Part shown: positions 45,940 to 54,428 of the stretch, piece by piece | How the letters are laid out: each line of letters opens with the position of its first letter | Numbering within the stretch: the stretch's first letter is position 1 | Origin: a virus | Taxonomy: Duplodnaviria; Caudoviricetes | Length of the DNA stretch: 54,428 nucleotides | Strand: one strand, 5' to 3' | Virus record (IMG/VR): IMGVR_UViG_3300021964_000091 | Span: 1-54,428 of that record | The notes under the pieces: generated by a model | The model's database searches: none | Told to the model about the DNA's origin: nothing | Seen by the model: only the letters and a program-made list of their open reading frames with translations | Position numbers and translations under genes: made by a program

Positions 45940-46838
45940 GCTGTGTCTGATCCTTTTTTGTTTTCTTTCTCTGCTAACATCTTATCAAAGAAGTCAGTGC
46001 CTTTACGCTTCACAATATCTTTAGGGATAACGTATTCACCACCTTCTACTTCGATCTCACCGCCGCCTTTCATTTTTACACGCACACCACCTTCATCATG
46101 TGATGGGCCATTGACCATACCGCCGTATTCCATTTCTTGAACTGGAGCTTGGGGTTGTGGCATAGGGGGTTGTTGTGCCTGTCCGTCAAACTGAACATCT
46201 GCTTCCATTGATTTAGCTGCTGCAAGAATTGCAATAATCAAACCTTGGTCATACTCTGCAGGTAGATCAGCGTCAGTTGCGATACCTCTAGCAATAGCCA
46301 TTTGTCTAATCTGCGGATACATCTCAGGATTTTGCATTACAGTTTTTGCTAACTGTATAATGGTGTTAAGTTCGTTAGGGTCTAATTCCCCTGATTGAAT
46401 ACCTGCTTCAATACCTGCTCGTAGTCTAGCTACAATTTCAGGATTCTGCGATAGCATTTCATTAACTTGCATTTCCAACATCTGAGGATTCATCATTGGT
46501 GCGCTTTGTGGCTGCACACCTGCAGGTCTAACAGGCATACCCATTGGGCCTACCATGCCGCCTTCTTCATATGTTGGTTGCATTCTAAAATCTAGTACTG
46601 GATAATTAGGGTCTTGCGCCACAGTACCAGTTTGTATTGGTTGTACAGCCCCTTCAGCAATTCCTGCTGCGGGCATTTCGATTAAACTTTGGATAGACGC
46701 AGGTAAATCCAAAGAAGTCGAAGACGGAACAGCACCCATAGCACCAGCTACACCACCGCCCACTGAACCGGACGGACTAACTGCTGCGTTTGGATCAGTA
46801 GCTATTCCGGGTATTGGTTGGTCAGTATAGTTTGCCAT
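45936..46838 (-). CDS. Virion protein with repeated (Y/M)xxGG motifs
   Basis: YEEGGMV, MEYGGMV and GPSHDEGGV...EVEGGEYVI; AAGGAG RBS. Confidence 0.7.
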   Translation of the reverse strand: MANYTDQPIPGIATDPNAAVSPSGSVGGGVAGAMGAVPSSTSLDLPASIQSLIEMPAAGIAEGAVQPIQTGTVAQDPNYPVLDFRMQPTYEEGGMVGPMGMPVRPAGVQPQSAPMMNPQMLEMQVNEMLSQNPEIVARLRAGIEAGIQSGELDPNELNTIIQLAKTVMQNPEMYPQIRQMAIARGIATDADLPAEYDQGLIIAILAAAKSMEADVQFDGQAQQPPMPQPQAPVQEMEYGGMVNGPSHDEGGVRVKMKGGGEIEVEGGEYVIPKDIVKRKGTDFFDKMLAEKENKKGSDTA

Positions 46839-46842
46839 TAGC

Positions 46843-47193
46843 CTACTCTCCTTTTATTTGTTTAATAAGTGCATTTAACACCGCCCTAGTATACGCTAGG
46901 TCATTTGCTAAAGTTTGCACATCTGTAATAAGTTTACCATAATCTTCAAGACCTGCTACCTCTTGACTACTAATAGTAAACCCAGCGCCTTTTGCACTTA
47001 CTTGTTTCATGTCTTGTTCAGACATTTGCTTAATGGTAACCTGACCTTGAGTAACTGCTTTACTCTGAAGATCAGACTCACCACGAAGTCCTGTTAACAG
47101 CTCCACATTCTCTTTCACAGAGCTAATCAAAATACTTTGCCAGTCAGTTATACCTCCTTGTGGTACTGCTGGTATTGCTGTAAATCTAGCCAT
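46843..47193 (-). CDS. Hypothetical tail-associated protein
   Basis: TAATG coupling with the nozzle gene; C-terminal coiled coil. Confidence 0.7.
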   Translation of the reverse strand: MARFTAIPAVPQGGITDWQSILISSVKENVELLTGLRGESDLQSKAVTQGQVTIKQMSEQDMKQVSAKGAGFTISSQEVAGLEDYGKLITDVQTLANDLAYTRAVLNALIKQIKGE

Positions 47194-49565
47194 TACACCG
47201 CCCTCAATCCATAAGGCGTTTCACCAAAGTGAATAGCTCTAATTCTAGACGAACCAGATACACCTACTTCGAATGTATCCGATCTGTAGCCACTAGGCAA
47301 TCTAAATATATCACTAGAGCTTACAGTTGCTTGAAATACCAAGGTTTTATCTGCCCATAGTTTAAATGTAACAGGTAACACACCTGTCAAGTCTTTTAGA
47401 GTACGAGTCATACCATCCCCGTTTATAGGAAAAGCATTAAGAGTTCCAATATTATTTACAGCTACGCCTGCATCAGTGTAGTCAGTAGGCCCATTGAGTG
47501 GAGCTAATTGGATTGATTTAGCCCATATAGCGTTATTATAAGCAGGGACACTGTTATTATAAGCTTGGATATTTGCAGCTTCAGCGTCAGGAGTTTGGAA
47601 GTCTGCGATAACTCTAGCAGCACCTAAGTTAATATAGTCCTTAGTTACTAGTGTTTTAGATTTCCATTCAAGCGGAGAAAGAACTTGGTTTACATTATCC
47701 CATTCATAGATATCTCCATTACTACCTGCGACATAATACATGATTCCTGTTTCTGTATCGGTATAAGCAGCAGTAAATTGATATTCAATACTTACAAAAA
47801 ACCCACCTACTTTATCATCACGTTCAAAAATAAATGAACTAGAACTATGTGACCCAAAATATTTACCATTATAAAAATGACCTATAAGAGTAGACGGGTC
47901 TAAAGTATCATTCCATGTATCCCAATCGTGGACAAACTTAGTAATAAGGTCAATACCTGTAGATGGTGAGAATACAGCAAGACCACCGTGAGTAGCCCAT
48001 ACAATACCATAACCCATATTAACAACTGATCGTTTAGATAAACATGGATACAGTGTATCAATACGAGATGACACCATAGTTGCTGGGTCGTTACCAGAAA
48101 CTTGGTATGGATAATCTTTTGTTAGAACCGTAACATAACCTGCGTTTGGCTGAATAGCTACAATCTCAGACTCAAACGTCATTCTATATATTTCAGGCCA
48201 AGCATGTGGTTTATCAGGAAATGAAAAACATAACTGGTTACTAGTAAATCCTACAAGAATATTATTATGTGCTGCTTTAAGACCCTGCATATTAGAAGGT
48301 GGTGCATCATAATTTTCTGATGGAACAATCGTTGTTAGACCTGATACAAGAAAGTCATCAGTAAAATTATAACTGCCATCACCCCAGTATCTAGCCGAGC
48401 TGGTAGCAAGTTCAGAAACATCGTGATACATAGTGCCAGAAGTGGCAGCTGTAGTACCTACATCAGTAGCAGTTTGAGCATACTTAATAGTATAGTCGTC
48501 AACTACTTCTGTAACTACGCCGCCTGTAATATCAAAAGAAGAATCTGAACAACCACTTATTTTAAATCGGTCATCTACAATAAAATTATGATGATCATCA
48601 AACTTAACAGTAGACACGTTACTTGTTCTAGAAACTTCAGTTACAGTTCTAGGAAACCATAAAGTTCCTAACAAGAAGTAATCGGTAACAGAAGCTGATA
48701 CAACACTTCGATAAAGTCTAATACCTCTAATAAAATTCTGTCCTGATGGCGGAGCAGTAGGTAAACTACTTACAGTAGAACCTTGTCCTTCTTTAATATA
48801 AGACTCGTTAGAAGGTAAACTTGGTATGGATTCTTCGTTCCATGGTGTTACCCATGTATATATGTAAGTTCTAATTTGTGTATTACCCGCAAGATCAGCT
48901 CGACCTGTAGTGTTTGCAGTTTTAGATACTGCGTCACCGGGGCTAAAGTATTGGAAGTCAGTAGAGTTAATAACTGTAATCTCTACGTTAGTAGCATTAA
49001 AAGACTTAGCTTCATCAGAAGTACCAAAGTCACGAACAGTTACAACGTTACCTGAACGAAGGTTATGTGCAGAACCACCATAAAACGTAGCTGTGTTACC
49101 TGAGTCACGTTCATAATGCGTAGAACTAACCACACTAAAAGATACTGCTGTGTTAACAGGCTCAGTATCAGGTAGTGGTAAACCTAGTTCATAATAACCA
49201 TTAGTAACAGGATAAGGCTCACTACCATCTGTTGCTAACTCATAGTTAGATACTTTAGGTACACCATCGCCTGTATAATAAAACCGTTGCTCATCATCTC
49301 CTGCGTCACTAGCAGTAGCGATGTCGACTTCAGTAAGCCACGATAACCAGACATTAGCATTAGTTGATGGATTTTTAAGCGCATGTAAAGTCTTAATAGT
49401 TCCTGTACGCTCTGTGCTATCAACTATCACAGGTGTACGGTAAGGCAACAGATCACCTGAATACAACTTTACATTAAAAGCTGTTTGTGCTGCGCCATCA
49501 GGTAACAACTCAGAAGAAATCTTCGGAGCTTCACCTAGGAACTTAATTAACTTTACTGATGCCAT
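47193..49565 (-). CDS. Tail nozzle / tail tubular protein B-like
   Basis: 790 aa, beta-rich; LCFS...PHAWP, C.SKRS and WKSK motifs; two inserted HN(L/F)...V beta domains. Confidence 0.75.
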   Translation of the reverse strand: MASVKLIKFLGEAPKISSELLPDGAAQTAFNVKLYSGDLLPYRTPVIVDSTERTGTIKTLHALKNPSTNANVWLSWLTEVDIATASDAGDDEQRFYYTGDGVPKVSNYELATDGSEPYPVTNGYYELGLPLPDTEPVNTAVSFSVVSSTHYERDSGNTATFYGGSAHNLRSGNVVTVRDFGTSDEAKSFNATNVEITVINSTDFQYFSPGDAVSKTANTTGRADLAGNTQIRTYIYTWVTPWNEESIPSLPSNESYIKEGQGSTVSSLPTAPPSGQNFIRGIRLYRSVVSASVTDYFLLGTLWFPRTVTEVSRTSNVSTVKFDDHHNFIVDDRFKISGCSDSSFDITGGVVTEVVDDYTIKYAQTATDVGTTAATSGTMYHDVSELATSSARYWGDGSYNFTDDFLVSGLTTIVPSENYDAPPSNMQGLKAAHNNILVGFTSNQLCFSFPDKPHAWPEIYRMTFESEIVAIQPNAGYVTVLTKDYPYQVSGNDPATMVSSRIDTLYPCLSKRSVVNMGYGIVWATHGGLAVFSPSTGIDLITKFVHDWDTWNDTLDPSTLIGHFYNGKYFGSHSSSSFIFERDDKVGGFFVSIEYQFTAAYTDTETGIMYYVAGSNGDIYEWDNVNQVLSPLEWKSKTLVTKDYINLGAARVIADFQTPDAEAANIQAYNNSVPAYNNAIWAKSIQLAPLNGPTDYTDAGVAVNNIGTLNAFPINGDGMTRTLKDLTGVLPVTFKLWADKTLVFQATVSSSDIFRLPSGYRSDTFEVGVSGSSRIRAIHFGETPYGLRAV

Positions 49566-50075
49566 CTACACCATCTCCAATGCTTGGTCTAGAGTTTCTT
49601 TATTTCTTCTAGTCCAACCTATTCCAAATGTATCAAAAGTTCTAAGATTTTCATAGAACTCTTGTCGTGCCGAGTGCATTTTCTTTATTACATCGTGCAC
49701 ATCAGCTTCGTAAACTTTCTCTAATGTCTTAGGCCCTATAGCTCCATCAGGCGAAGAACCCACAATACGTTGTAGTGCCTTAACCGATCTTCCCGGCCCA
49801 CTGTTTACAGCCCAGTCAAACACAGACCAATCTATACCACTAGGTAATTCATCACCCCATATTCTATCCCAGTATTTATGTTTATAAACAGGAGCTACAT
49901 CTTCAGGAGTAAGGTTTCTCATTTCATCTTCTGTTACATCACGACTCATATACTCCTCATAAGTCGCTAGTGTAACACCTAGATTAGTCATACCACCGGG
50001 ATCACGAGGGTGGTCTACAAAACCACCTTCGTGTCTCAATAACATATCTAAGCAATGACCAAAGTTTTCCTTCAT
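49566..50075 (-). CDS. Endolysin, glycosyl hydrolase family 108
   Basis: HEGGFVDHPRDPGGMTNLGVT, FDWAVNSG, DGAIGPKT and FGIGWTRR motifs. Confidence 0.92.
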   Translation of the reverse strand: MKENFGHCLDMLLRHEGGFVDHPRDPGGMTNLGVTLATYEEYMSRDVTEDEMRNLTPEDVAPVYKHKYWDRIWGDELPSGIDWSVFDWAVNSGPGRSVKALQRIVGSSPDGAIGPKTLEKVYEADVHDVIKKMHSARQEFYENLRTFDTFGIGWTRRNKETLDQALEMV

Positions 50076-50476
50076 TTAGTTAACCCTTTTGATTTTTCAT
50101 AACTTCTAAGGCCACCCAAACCGAGCATACCTAGTAGGACAGTCATCAAGCTGTCCATATCAAATGCGGGTAATTCTGGTATTTCTACCCCAGCCCACCC
50201 AGCACCGAATAAAATGATAGGATTAAGTACAAAATGATACCCAAGTGCAACAGCGCAAATCCAGCCAACAAAAGGCCTCCAGCCCGCCACAAAAAGACTT
50301 CTATGTTGGGCTTCTGCTTTATTAACTTCCACCTGTGCCATAGCTGCTTCATGTGCTTGTTTCTCAGCCATTGTTGCAATCTCATGCGCTAGCCTCGCTT
50401 TCTGGTCTTTATCCTCTATAAATTTATCAAGTAGACCAGTAACTGGCCCAACTAAACTACTTACTAGGCTTAACAT
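50072..50476 (-). CDS. Holin (GTA 3TM holin family)
   Basis: FVAGWRPFVGW and LLGMLGLGGLRSYEK motifs; directly upstream of the endolysin. Confidence 0.85.
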   Translation of the reverse strand: MLSLVSSLVGPVTGLLDKFIEDKDQKARLAHEIATMAEKQAHEAAMAQVEVNKAEAQHRSLFVAGWRPFVGWICAVALGYHFVLNPIILFGAGWAGVEIPELPAFDMDSLMTVLLGMLGLGGLRSYEKSKGLTK

Positions 50477-50789
50477 TGTTTCCTCCTTTTCCTATATTCG
50501 TGAAGCCAAAGTAGGCCCCAACGAGTGCAGCAATGGAAACATAGTAAATGTTAGCCATAGCAGCTAATAAATTAGCAGCAGAATCAAGGCCAATGAGACT
50601 AGATAGAAAAACACCAGAAGGATAAACAAGCATGCCAACAAGAGAAAACCACGCCATTTTGCGTTGACTGTCTCTCTTAGCATCTTCATCTTCAAGTCTT
50701 TTTCTTTCGAACTCGATTTGCATTTTCTGCCATTCTTCTTTGTCAATGACGCCATTCTTGTCCTCATCTATACTATCGAAGTGCGTCAC
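50457..50789 (-). CDS. Two-TM membrane protein with N-terminal EF-hand loop
   Basis: DEDKNGVIDKEE 12-residue loop followed by two hydrophobic helices. Confidence 0.7.
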   Translation of the reverse strand: MTHFDSIDEDKNGVIDKEEWQKMQIEFERKRLEDEDAKRDSQRKMAWFSLVGMLVYPSGVFLSSLIGLDSAANLLAAMANIYYVSIAALVGAYFGFTNIGKGGNNVKPSK

Positions 50790-51244
50790 TTCCCCATCTC
50801 CTTAAGTAATGGGTTTTCCAAAGCACGTTCTAGCTTTTTATTAACCCGTTCTTCCATTGACGTAAGTTTTTCATCTATCGACGAAGTCCTTTCATCAAAC
50901 CATTTTTTAGCTTCCTGAATAGAAATCCTATTCTCGCTTTCCATATCACGAAGTCTGCGCTCCACATCACCGATTGCTTTTTCAACTTGAATAACATCGG
51001 ATCGTAAATCGTCTTTAATATCTTTTGCATAATCTATTGCCTCATCTAGTTTAACCATTGCTGTTTCTATCTTTGTTTCCACAGCTCCTATATCTAGATT
51101 GGCGAGCTTGTCTTTCATATCCGTATAGTCTTTATACACTTCGAACCCGCCGTACAAAGTACCTATCATAGTTCCTAAGGCCATAAGGATAGCTAACCCT
51201 TTCCCGCCTTTTACCTTTACTCCACCTACATCTAGTTCTGCCAT
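50786..51244 (-). CDS. Membrane-anchored coiled-coil protein
   Basis: Start moved to ATG 51244; one TM segment then a long coiled coil ending LENPL. Confidence 0.7.
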   Translation of the reverse strand: MAELDVGGVKVKGGKGLAILMALGTMIGTLYGGFEVYKDYTDMKDKLANLDIGAVETKIETAMVKLDEAIDYAKDIKDDLRSDVIQVEKAIGDVERRLRDMESENRISIQEAKKWFDERTSSIDEKLTSMEERVNKKLERALENPLLKEMGK

Positions 51245-52683
51245 TGCATATCCACCATTTCGTTCCACAAATAATCTGCGGCACCTGTGTAATATTCAGC
51301 ATACGGATTATCGTAAGTTTTACCACCATCTAGTTCGTAAGGTGGGTAAAATTGGTTATCAACTAAAGTTATTTGTTGGTATTCATTAAAGCTTCTAACA
51401 GCATCAGATTGCTGCATGACTGCAATTCTGACTGACTCCATGACCGTGCTGTAGGCGGCAGTTTGACTGTTACTAGATTTACTTCCCCCGTCTCCTTTAG
51501 TTCGTTCTTGTGAAACACTTTTCTGTTCTCCATCTCCTTTTTCGTTAGAGGCACTTTCATTTGGAGCGTTGGTACTTTTAGGTGCTTCTGTTTCTCGAAC
51601 AGCATTCTGTTGTTGACTACTCTCCCCATCGGATTCCCTTTCTTCAATTTGAGCTACTTGTTGTGGTTCTGAATCAAACGACTCAACCTCAGTAATCTTA
51701 ATTTCAAAATCACCTGTAGGAGTATCCATCACTTCTACCTCAAAACTAGCCATACCGCCGTCGAAAGTATCAAGTTCTAATTCAAACGTCATACCTACGT
51801 CAGCTGTATAATCGGTATAATCTACTTCTATAGGTGGAGGTATATATTGTGAGTCGTATTCATACTCTGTAGTTTGTTTAATAGTTATCATCTCAGCTTG
51901 AGTAATAACCTGATTAATAACTTCAGTTATATAATCATACGTTAAATTGAAGAATACGTCTGAAAAACCGGGGCCATAATAATCTTGGTAATATCCTGCA
52001 TCCATCCCATATAGTTCTAACTCAGCACTATTAAATGTAAGTGACCTTACATCTTGAGAGAATGAATAGTTTTGGGAACCTTGCCAGTTAATACTGTTGT
52101 AGTTATGAGTATAAGTATTCTGTAAGACACCATCATCATAGAGTCTTACTGTTATTTTAAATTCATCTTGACAGTCGCCTGTCGTATTAGAGCATGTAGG
52201 TAAAGTAGCATTAGACTGGTGAGAATAAACTGTAGCACCGTAGTCTATTTCTTTTTTGTTATCGTAGTTAGAAACATCAATATCGTAAGTTCTACCACCT
52301 CCGCCTGTTTGCTGGTTTCCTGTACAAACTTCAATGTTAGCGTCGTAACAACTTGTTGACATGTTTGTGTCAGTCACAACACCGGTATTAATAAGTTGAT
52401 TTGTTTTTTCTTCTACAACAGTTACTGTTTCATATGATGTTTGGTTAACAGTTTCTACTATTGTCTCAGTATAAGTATATGTATAAGTCGTTTCTAAAAA
52501 ATCACCCACCATTTCTTCTTGGGTGTTTGTAAGAGCTGGTACAACAGTAACACCAGTGACAGTTCCCCCGTTAGGGCCTGTGCCTCCTACGTTGTACTGT
52601 TGATCGTAAGCACTAGAGGAGGAGCAATAAAGCAGCAATCCCGCCAAAAATGGCAAGACCAGACTTGTCTTTAGACTTGGCAT
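51232..52683 (-). CDS. Exported acidic protein, 483 aa
   Basis: Signal-peptide-like N-terminus; beta-rich domain with Cys pairs; acidic linker. Confidence 0.7.
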   Translation of the reverse strand: MPSLKTSLVLPFLAGLLLYCSSSSAYDQQYNVGGTGPNGGTVTGVTVVPALTNTQEEMVGDFLETTYTYTYTETIVETVNQTSYETVTVVEEKTNQLINTGVVTDTNMSTSCYDANIEVCTGNQQTGGGGRTYDIDVSNYDNKKEIDYGATVYSHQSNATLPTCSNTTGDCQDEFKITVRLYDDGVLQNTYTHNYNSINWQGSQNYSFSQDVRSLTFNSAELELYGMDAGYYQDYYGPGFSDVFFNLTYDYITEVINQVITQAEMITIKQTTEYEYDSQYIPPPIEVDYTDYTADVGMTFELELDTFDGGMASFEVEVMDTPTGDFEIKITEVESFDSEPQQVAQIEERESDGESSQQQNAVRETEAPKSTNAPNESASNEKGDGEQKSVSQERTKGDGGSKSSNSQTAAYSTVMESVRIAVMQQSDAVRSFNEYQQITLVDNQFYPPYELDGGKTYDNPYAEYYTGAADYLWNEMVDMQWQN

Positions 52684-53212
52684 CTATATCCTCCTGTGGT
52701 TCTTCGGGTTTTAAATAATCACTGTTGTTCCTTTGCGTAGTAATAAGAGTCGGGGGTTTATACTCGGAGTCTTCCCAAGCTTCTGTTGCAGCTTTACCTA
52801 TCTTACCTAGATATGGACATGGTGTTCCTGCCATCCACATGCCGTCCCAGACACGTTTATCCTGACAAAGAACAGACACAGCTGCTACTTTCATACCCAT
52901 TCCATATAAAGAACGAGCAAGTTTTAGACGCTCGCAGTTTTCGTCGGTAACAGTTTGACCTGTTGCAAAACCAAGTATCTGTGTTTGTACTGCTACTGAA
53001 GAAGCAGAAGTACATACATCTTGGTTATTAATAACAATAGAAGGAGCTGAAGCTGTAGGTGGAGTTTTATCTACAGTTGTTGTACCAGTAACGGTACTAG
53101 AGATAGTATTAGTTTCTGCCATTGCTGTATTTGTAAGCAATGCCAAAGCGCCTCCCAAGACTATGGAGATGCTTAACAGAAAAAGTTTTGCTCCCCAAGT
53201 CATTCGACGCAT
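52613..53212 (-). CDS. Exported/membrane protein with four Cys
   Basis: Signal peptide (AMA-ET); PPTASAP...DVC...DENCERLKL...LCQD...GTPCP; C-terminal hydrophobic anchor. Confidence 0.75.
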   Translation of the reverse strand: MRRMTWGAKLFLLSISIVLGGALALLTNTAMAETNTISSTVTGTTTVDKTPPTASAPSIVINNQDVCTSASSVAVQTQILGFATGQTVTDENCERLKLARSLYGMGMKVAAVSVLCQDKRVWDGMWMAGTPCPYLGKIGKAATEAWEDSEYKPPTLITTQRNNSDYLKPEEPQEDIDAKSKDKSGLAIFGGIAALLLLL

Positions 53213-53226
53213 TCATTTTCTCCCAG

Positions 53227-53358
53227 TTATTTTTTAAGTTTAAGGCACTTACCAGCTTTTTTACATTTCGCTGGAGCTGGGCAAGTACTGCATGGTTTAA
53301 AGACAACGCCGCCTTTTTTATAAGCCATGCCTTTTGATTTAGTTTTCTTTTTATCCAT
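53227..53358 (-). CDS. Small basic Cys4 protein, 43 aa, with YKKGGVV motif
   Basis: MDKKKTKSKGMAYKKGGVVFKPCSTCPAPAKCKKAGKCLKLKK; GGAG RBS. Confidence 0.7.
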   Translation of the reverse strand: MDKKKTKSKGMAYKKGGVVFKPCSTCPAPAKCKKAGKCLKLKK

Positions 53359-53359
53359 A

Positions 53360-53536
53360 TTACACTCCGATCATAATTGCGGATAAGATTGATGTTAGTC
53401 CTACGATCATTGCACCCGCTGCAATGAGCATAATTTTTTCAAGGCGTTCAATTCGAAACAGAATCATTTCATACCTTTCAGCACAAACTGCTTCGTGTTT
53501 TAATAGTTCTGTTTCTACTTCAGCCACTTTAGTCAT
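53360..53536 (-). CDS. Coiled-coil plus TM protein (HEAVCAERY family), 58 aa
   Basis: MTKVAEVETELLKHEAVCAERYEMILFRIERLEKIMLIAAGAMIVGLTSILSAIMIGV. Confidence 0.75.
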   Translation of the reverse strand: MTKVAEVETELLKHEAVCAERYEMILFRIERLEKIMLIAAGAMIVGLTSILSAIMIGV

Positions 53537-53711
53537 CTTTACCTAATCTCATAGCAGCTAATACGGCTGCTGTTTGATCCTCTACTTTCACTTCCGGTTC
53601 TTCTGGAAGTTCTGGTTCTTCCACCATTACACTACCTTCAGGCACAGGGTCTTCAGTTCTAACAAAAGCCCCGTTAGGTAACATCCATAATGGTGTGCGT
53701 TTTACTGTCAT
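53529..53711 (-). CDS. Hypothetical protein, 60 aa
   Basis: Start moved to ATG 53711 (AAGGA RBS). Confidence 0.6.
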   Translation of the reverse strand: MTVKRTPLWMLPNGAFVRTEDPVPEGSVMVEEPELPEEPEVKVEDQTAAVLAAMRLGKDD

Positions 53712-53712
53712 C

Positions 53713-53985
53713 TTAATCCTTTGGATACTTATCTTTAATTGCTTGAATTTTTGATTCCATATCTGCAGGGAATACACCCGCGTGAAATAACGCATCCAGC
53801 TGATCGCCAATAGGTGGGTATTCAGCTGCTCTGTTTTCTCTAACTTCCTCGTTACGAAAAGCTGTGTTTAATTCTGCATGGTCAGCAACAACAATTTCTG
53901 TTCCATCAGTTAAATATACTTTGTCAGCACTTGCTGTGTTGACATTTTCTAATATGGTTTTAGCGATAGTGTTGTAGTTAACCAT
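53713..53985 (-). CDS. Putative tail fibre assembly protein
   Basis: TAATG coupling with the fibre gene; R..EYPPIGDQLDALFH...IKDKYPK motif. Confidence 0.7.
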   Translation of the reverse strand: MVNYNTIAKTILENVNTASADKVYLTDGTEIVVADHAELNTAFRNEEVRENRAAEYPPIGDQLDALFHAGVFPADMESKIQAIKDKYPKD

Positions 53986-54428
53986 TAGTATTGCCTCACC
54001 CAAATTGTTGTATCTTTGTGCCAAGTCCCATCATAGCCGCCTGAGTAAGTAGTGCCTTGATAATACGGAATTGTGTATGGACTGCCGGGGTAAGTACCTA
54101 ATGGTCGGGCGGTTTCGCCTGTATTGTACCCTGTAGTATTTCTCCGACCTGCGTAGGTGGTTCCAAAGCTAATACTACTATCGTGCCCATAAGTATCACT
54201 GCCACTTGTACCAGCGGTAGCATACCATTGAGCGTCAGTTATATACACTGTGTTAGAGCCACACGTCATACGAATAACATTACCAGAAGCACTTTCTCCG
54301 CCTAACGCCCTGACAAAATCAGTGGCTAAACGGGCCAGACCACGAGAACCTGCGGTGGTACTTGAGCCTGTATCAGTTAAACCTTGCGTAGGAGAATACA
54401 ATGTACCTACAGCGGCTTCACCTAAACT
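53985..54428 (-). CDS. Tail fibre / receptor-binding protein 2, 3' part
   Basis: Continuation of the 1-1127 frame across the circular junction; ends TTIWVRQY. Confidence 0.8.
   Translation of the reverse strand, partial: SLGEAAVGTLYSPTQGLTDTGSSTTAGSRGLARLATDFVRALGGESASGNVIRMTCGSNTVYITDAQWYATAGTSGSDTYGHDSSISFGTTYAGRRNTTGYNTGETARPLGTYPGSPYTIPYYQGTTYSGGYDGTWHKDTTIWVRQY
54067..54428. repeat. Terminal direct repeat, right copy
   Basis: 350 of 362 positions identical to 1-362. Confidence 0.95.

Noticed and set aside
51369-51647. Second nested alternative-frame gene
   Set aside because: No convincing SD and no recognisable motif; a low-complexity host linker explains the open frame.

Overview
This window is an essentially complete, circularly permuted genome (about 54.07 kb unique) of a podovirus-type dsDNA tailed phage. 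Bases 1-362 recur at 54067-54428 with 12 substitutions. Gene content suggests an aquatic, possibly alphaproteobacterial host (inference only). The plus-strand arm (14844-33372) carries early and replication genes: two paralogous small early genes flanking an iteron-rich putative origin, a MoxR-like AAA+/vWA-metallopeptidase module, an HslV/proteasome-beta-like Ntn hydrolase, a Leu762-type family A DNA polymerase, PD-(D/E)XK and VRR-NUC nucleases, a SNF2 helicase, an SSB, an XRE HTH protein, a primase-DUF927 helicase and a SleB-like hydrolase. The minus-strand arm (14551 to 1, wrapping through 54428 to 33356) carries terminase, portal, scaffold, capsid, adaptors, two tail fibres, a lysis cassette, the nozzle and very large ejection proteins. 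I saw no RNA polymerase, integrase, tRNA, CRISPR array or reverse transcriptase. The most striking signal is a probable nested gene (MPFKSEAQRKWMYAN..., 98 aa, perfect TAAGGAGG ribosome-binding site) in an alternative frame inside the 2672-aa virion protein gene. Family calls rest on motif recognition from memory; no database searches were run.
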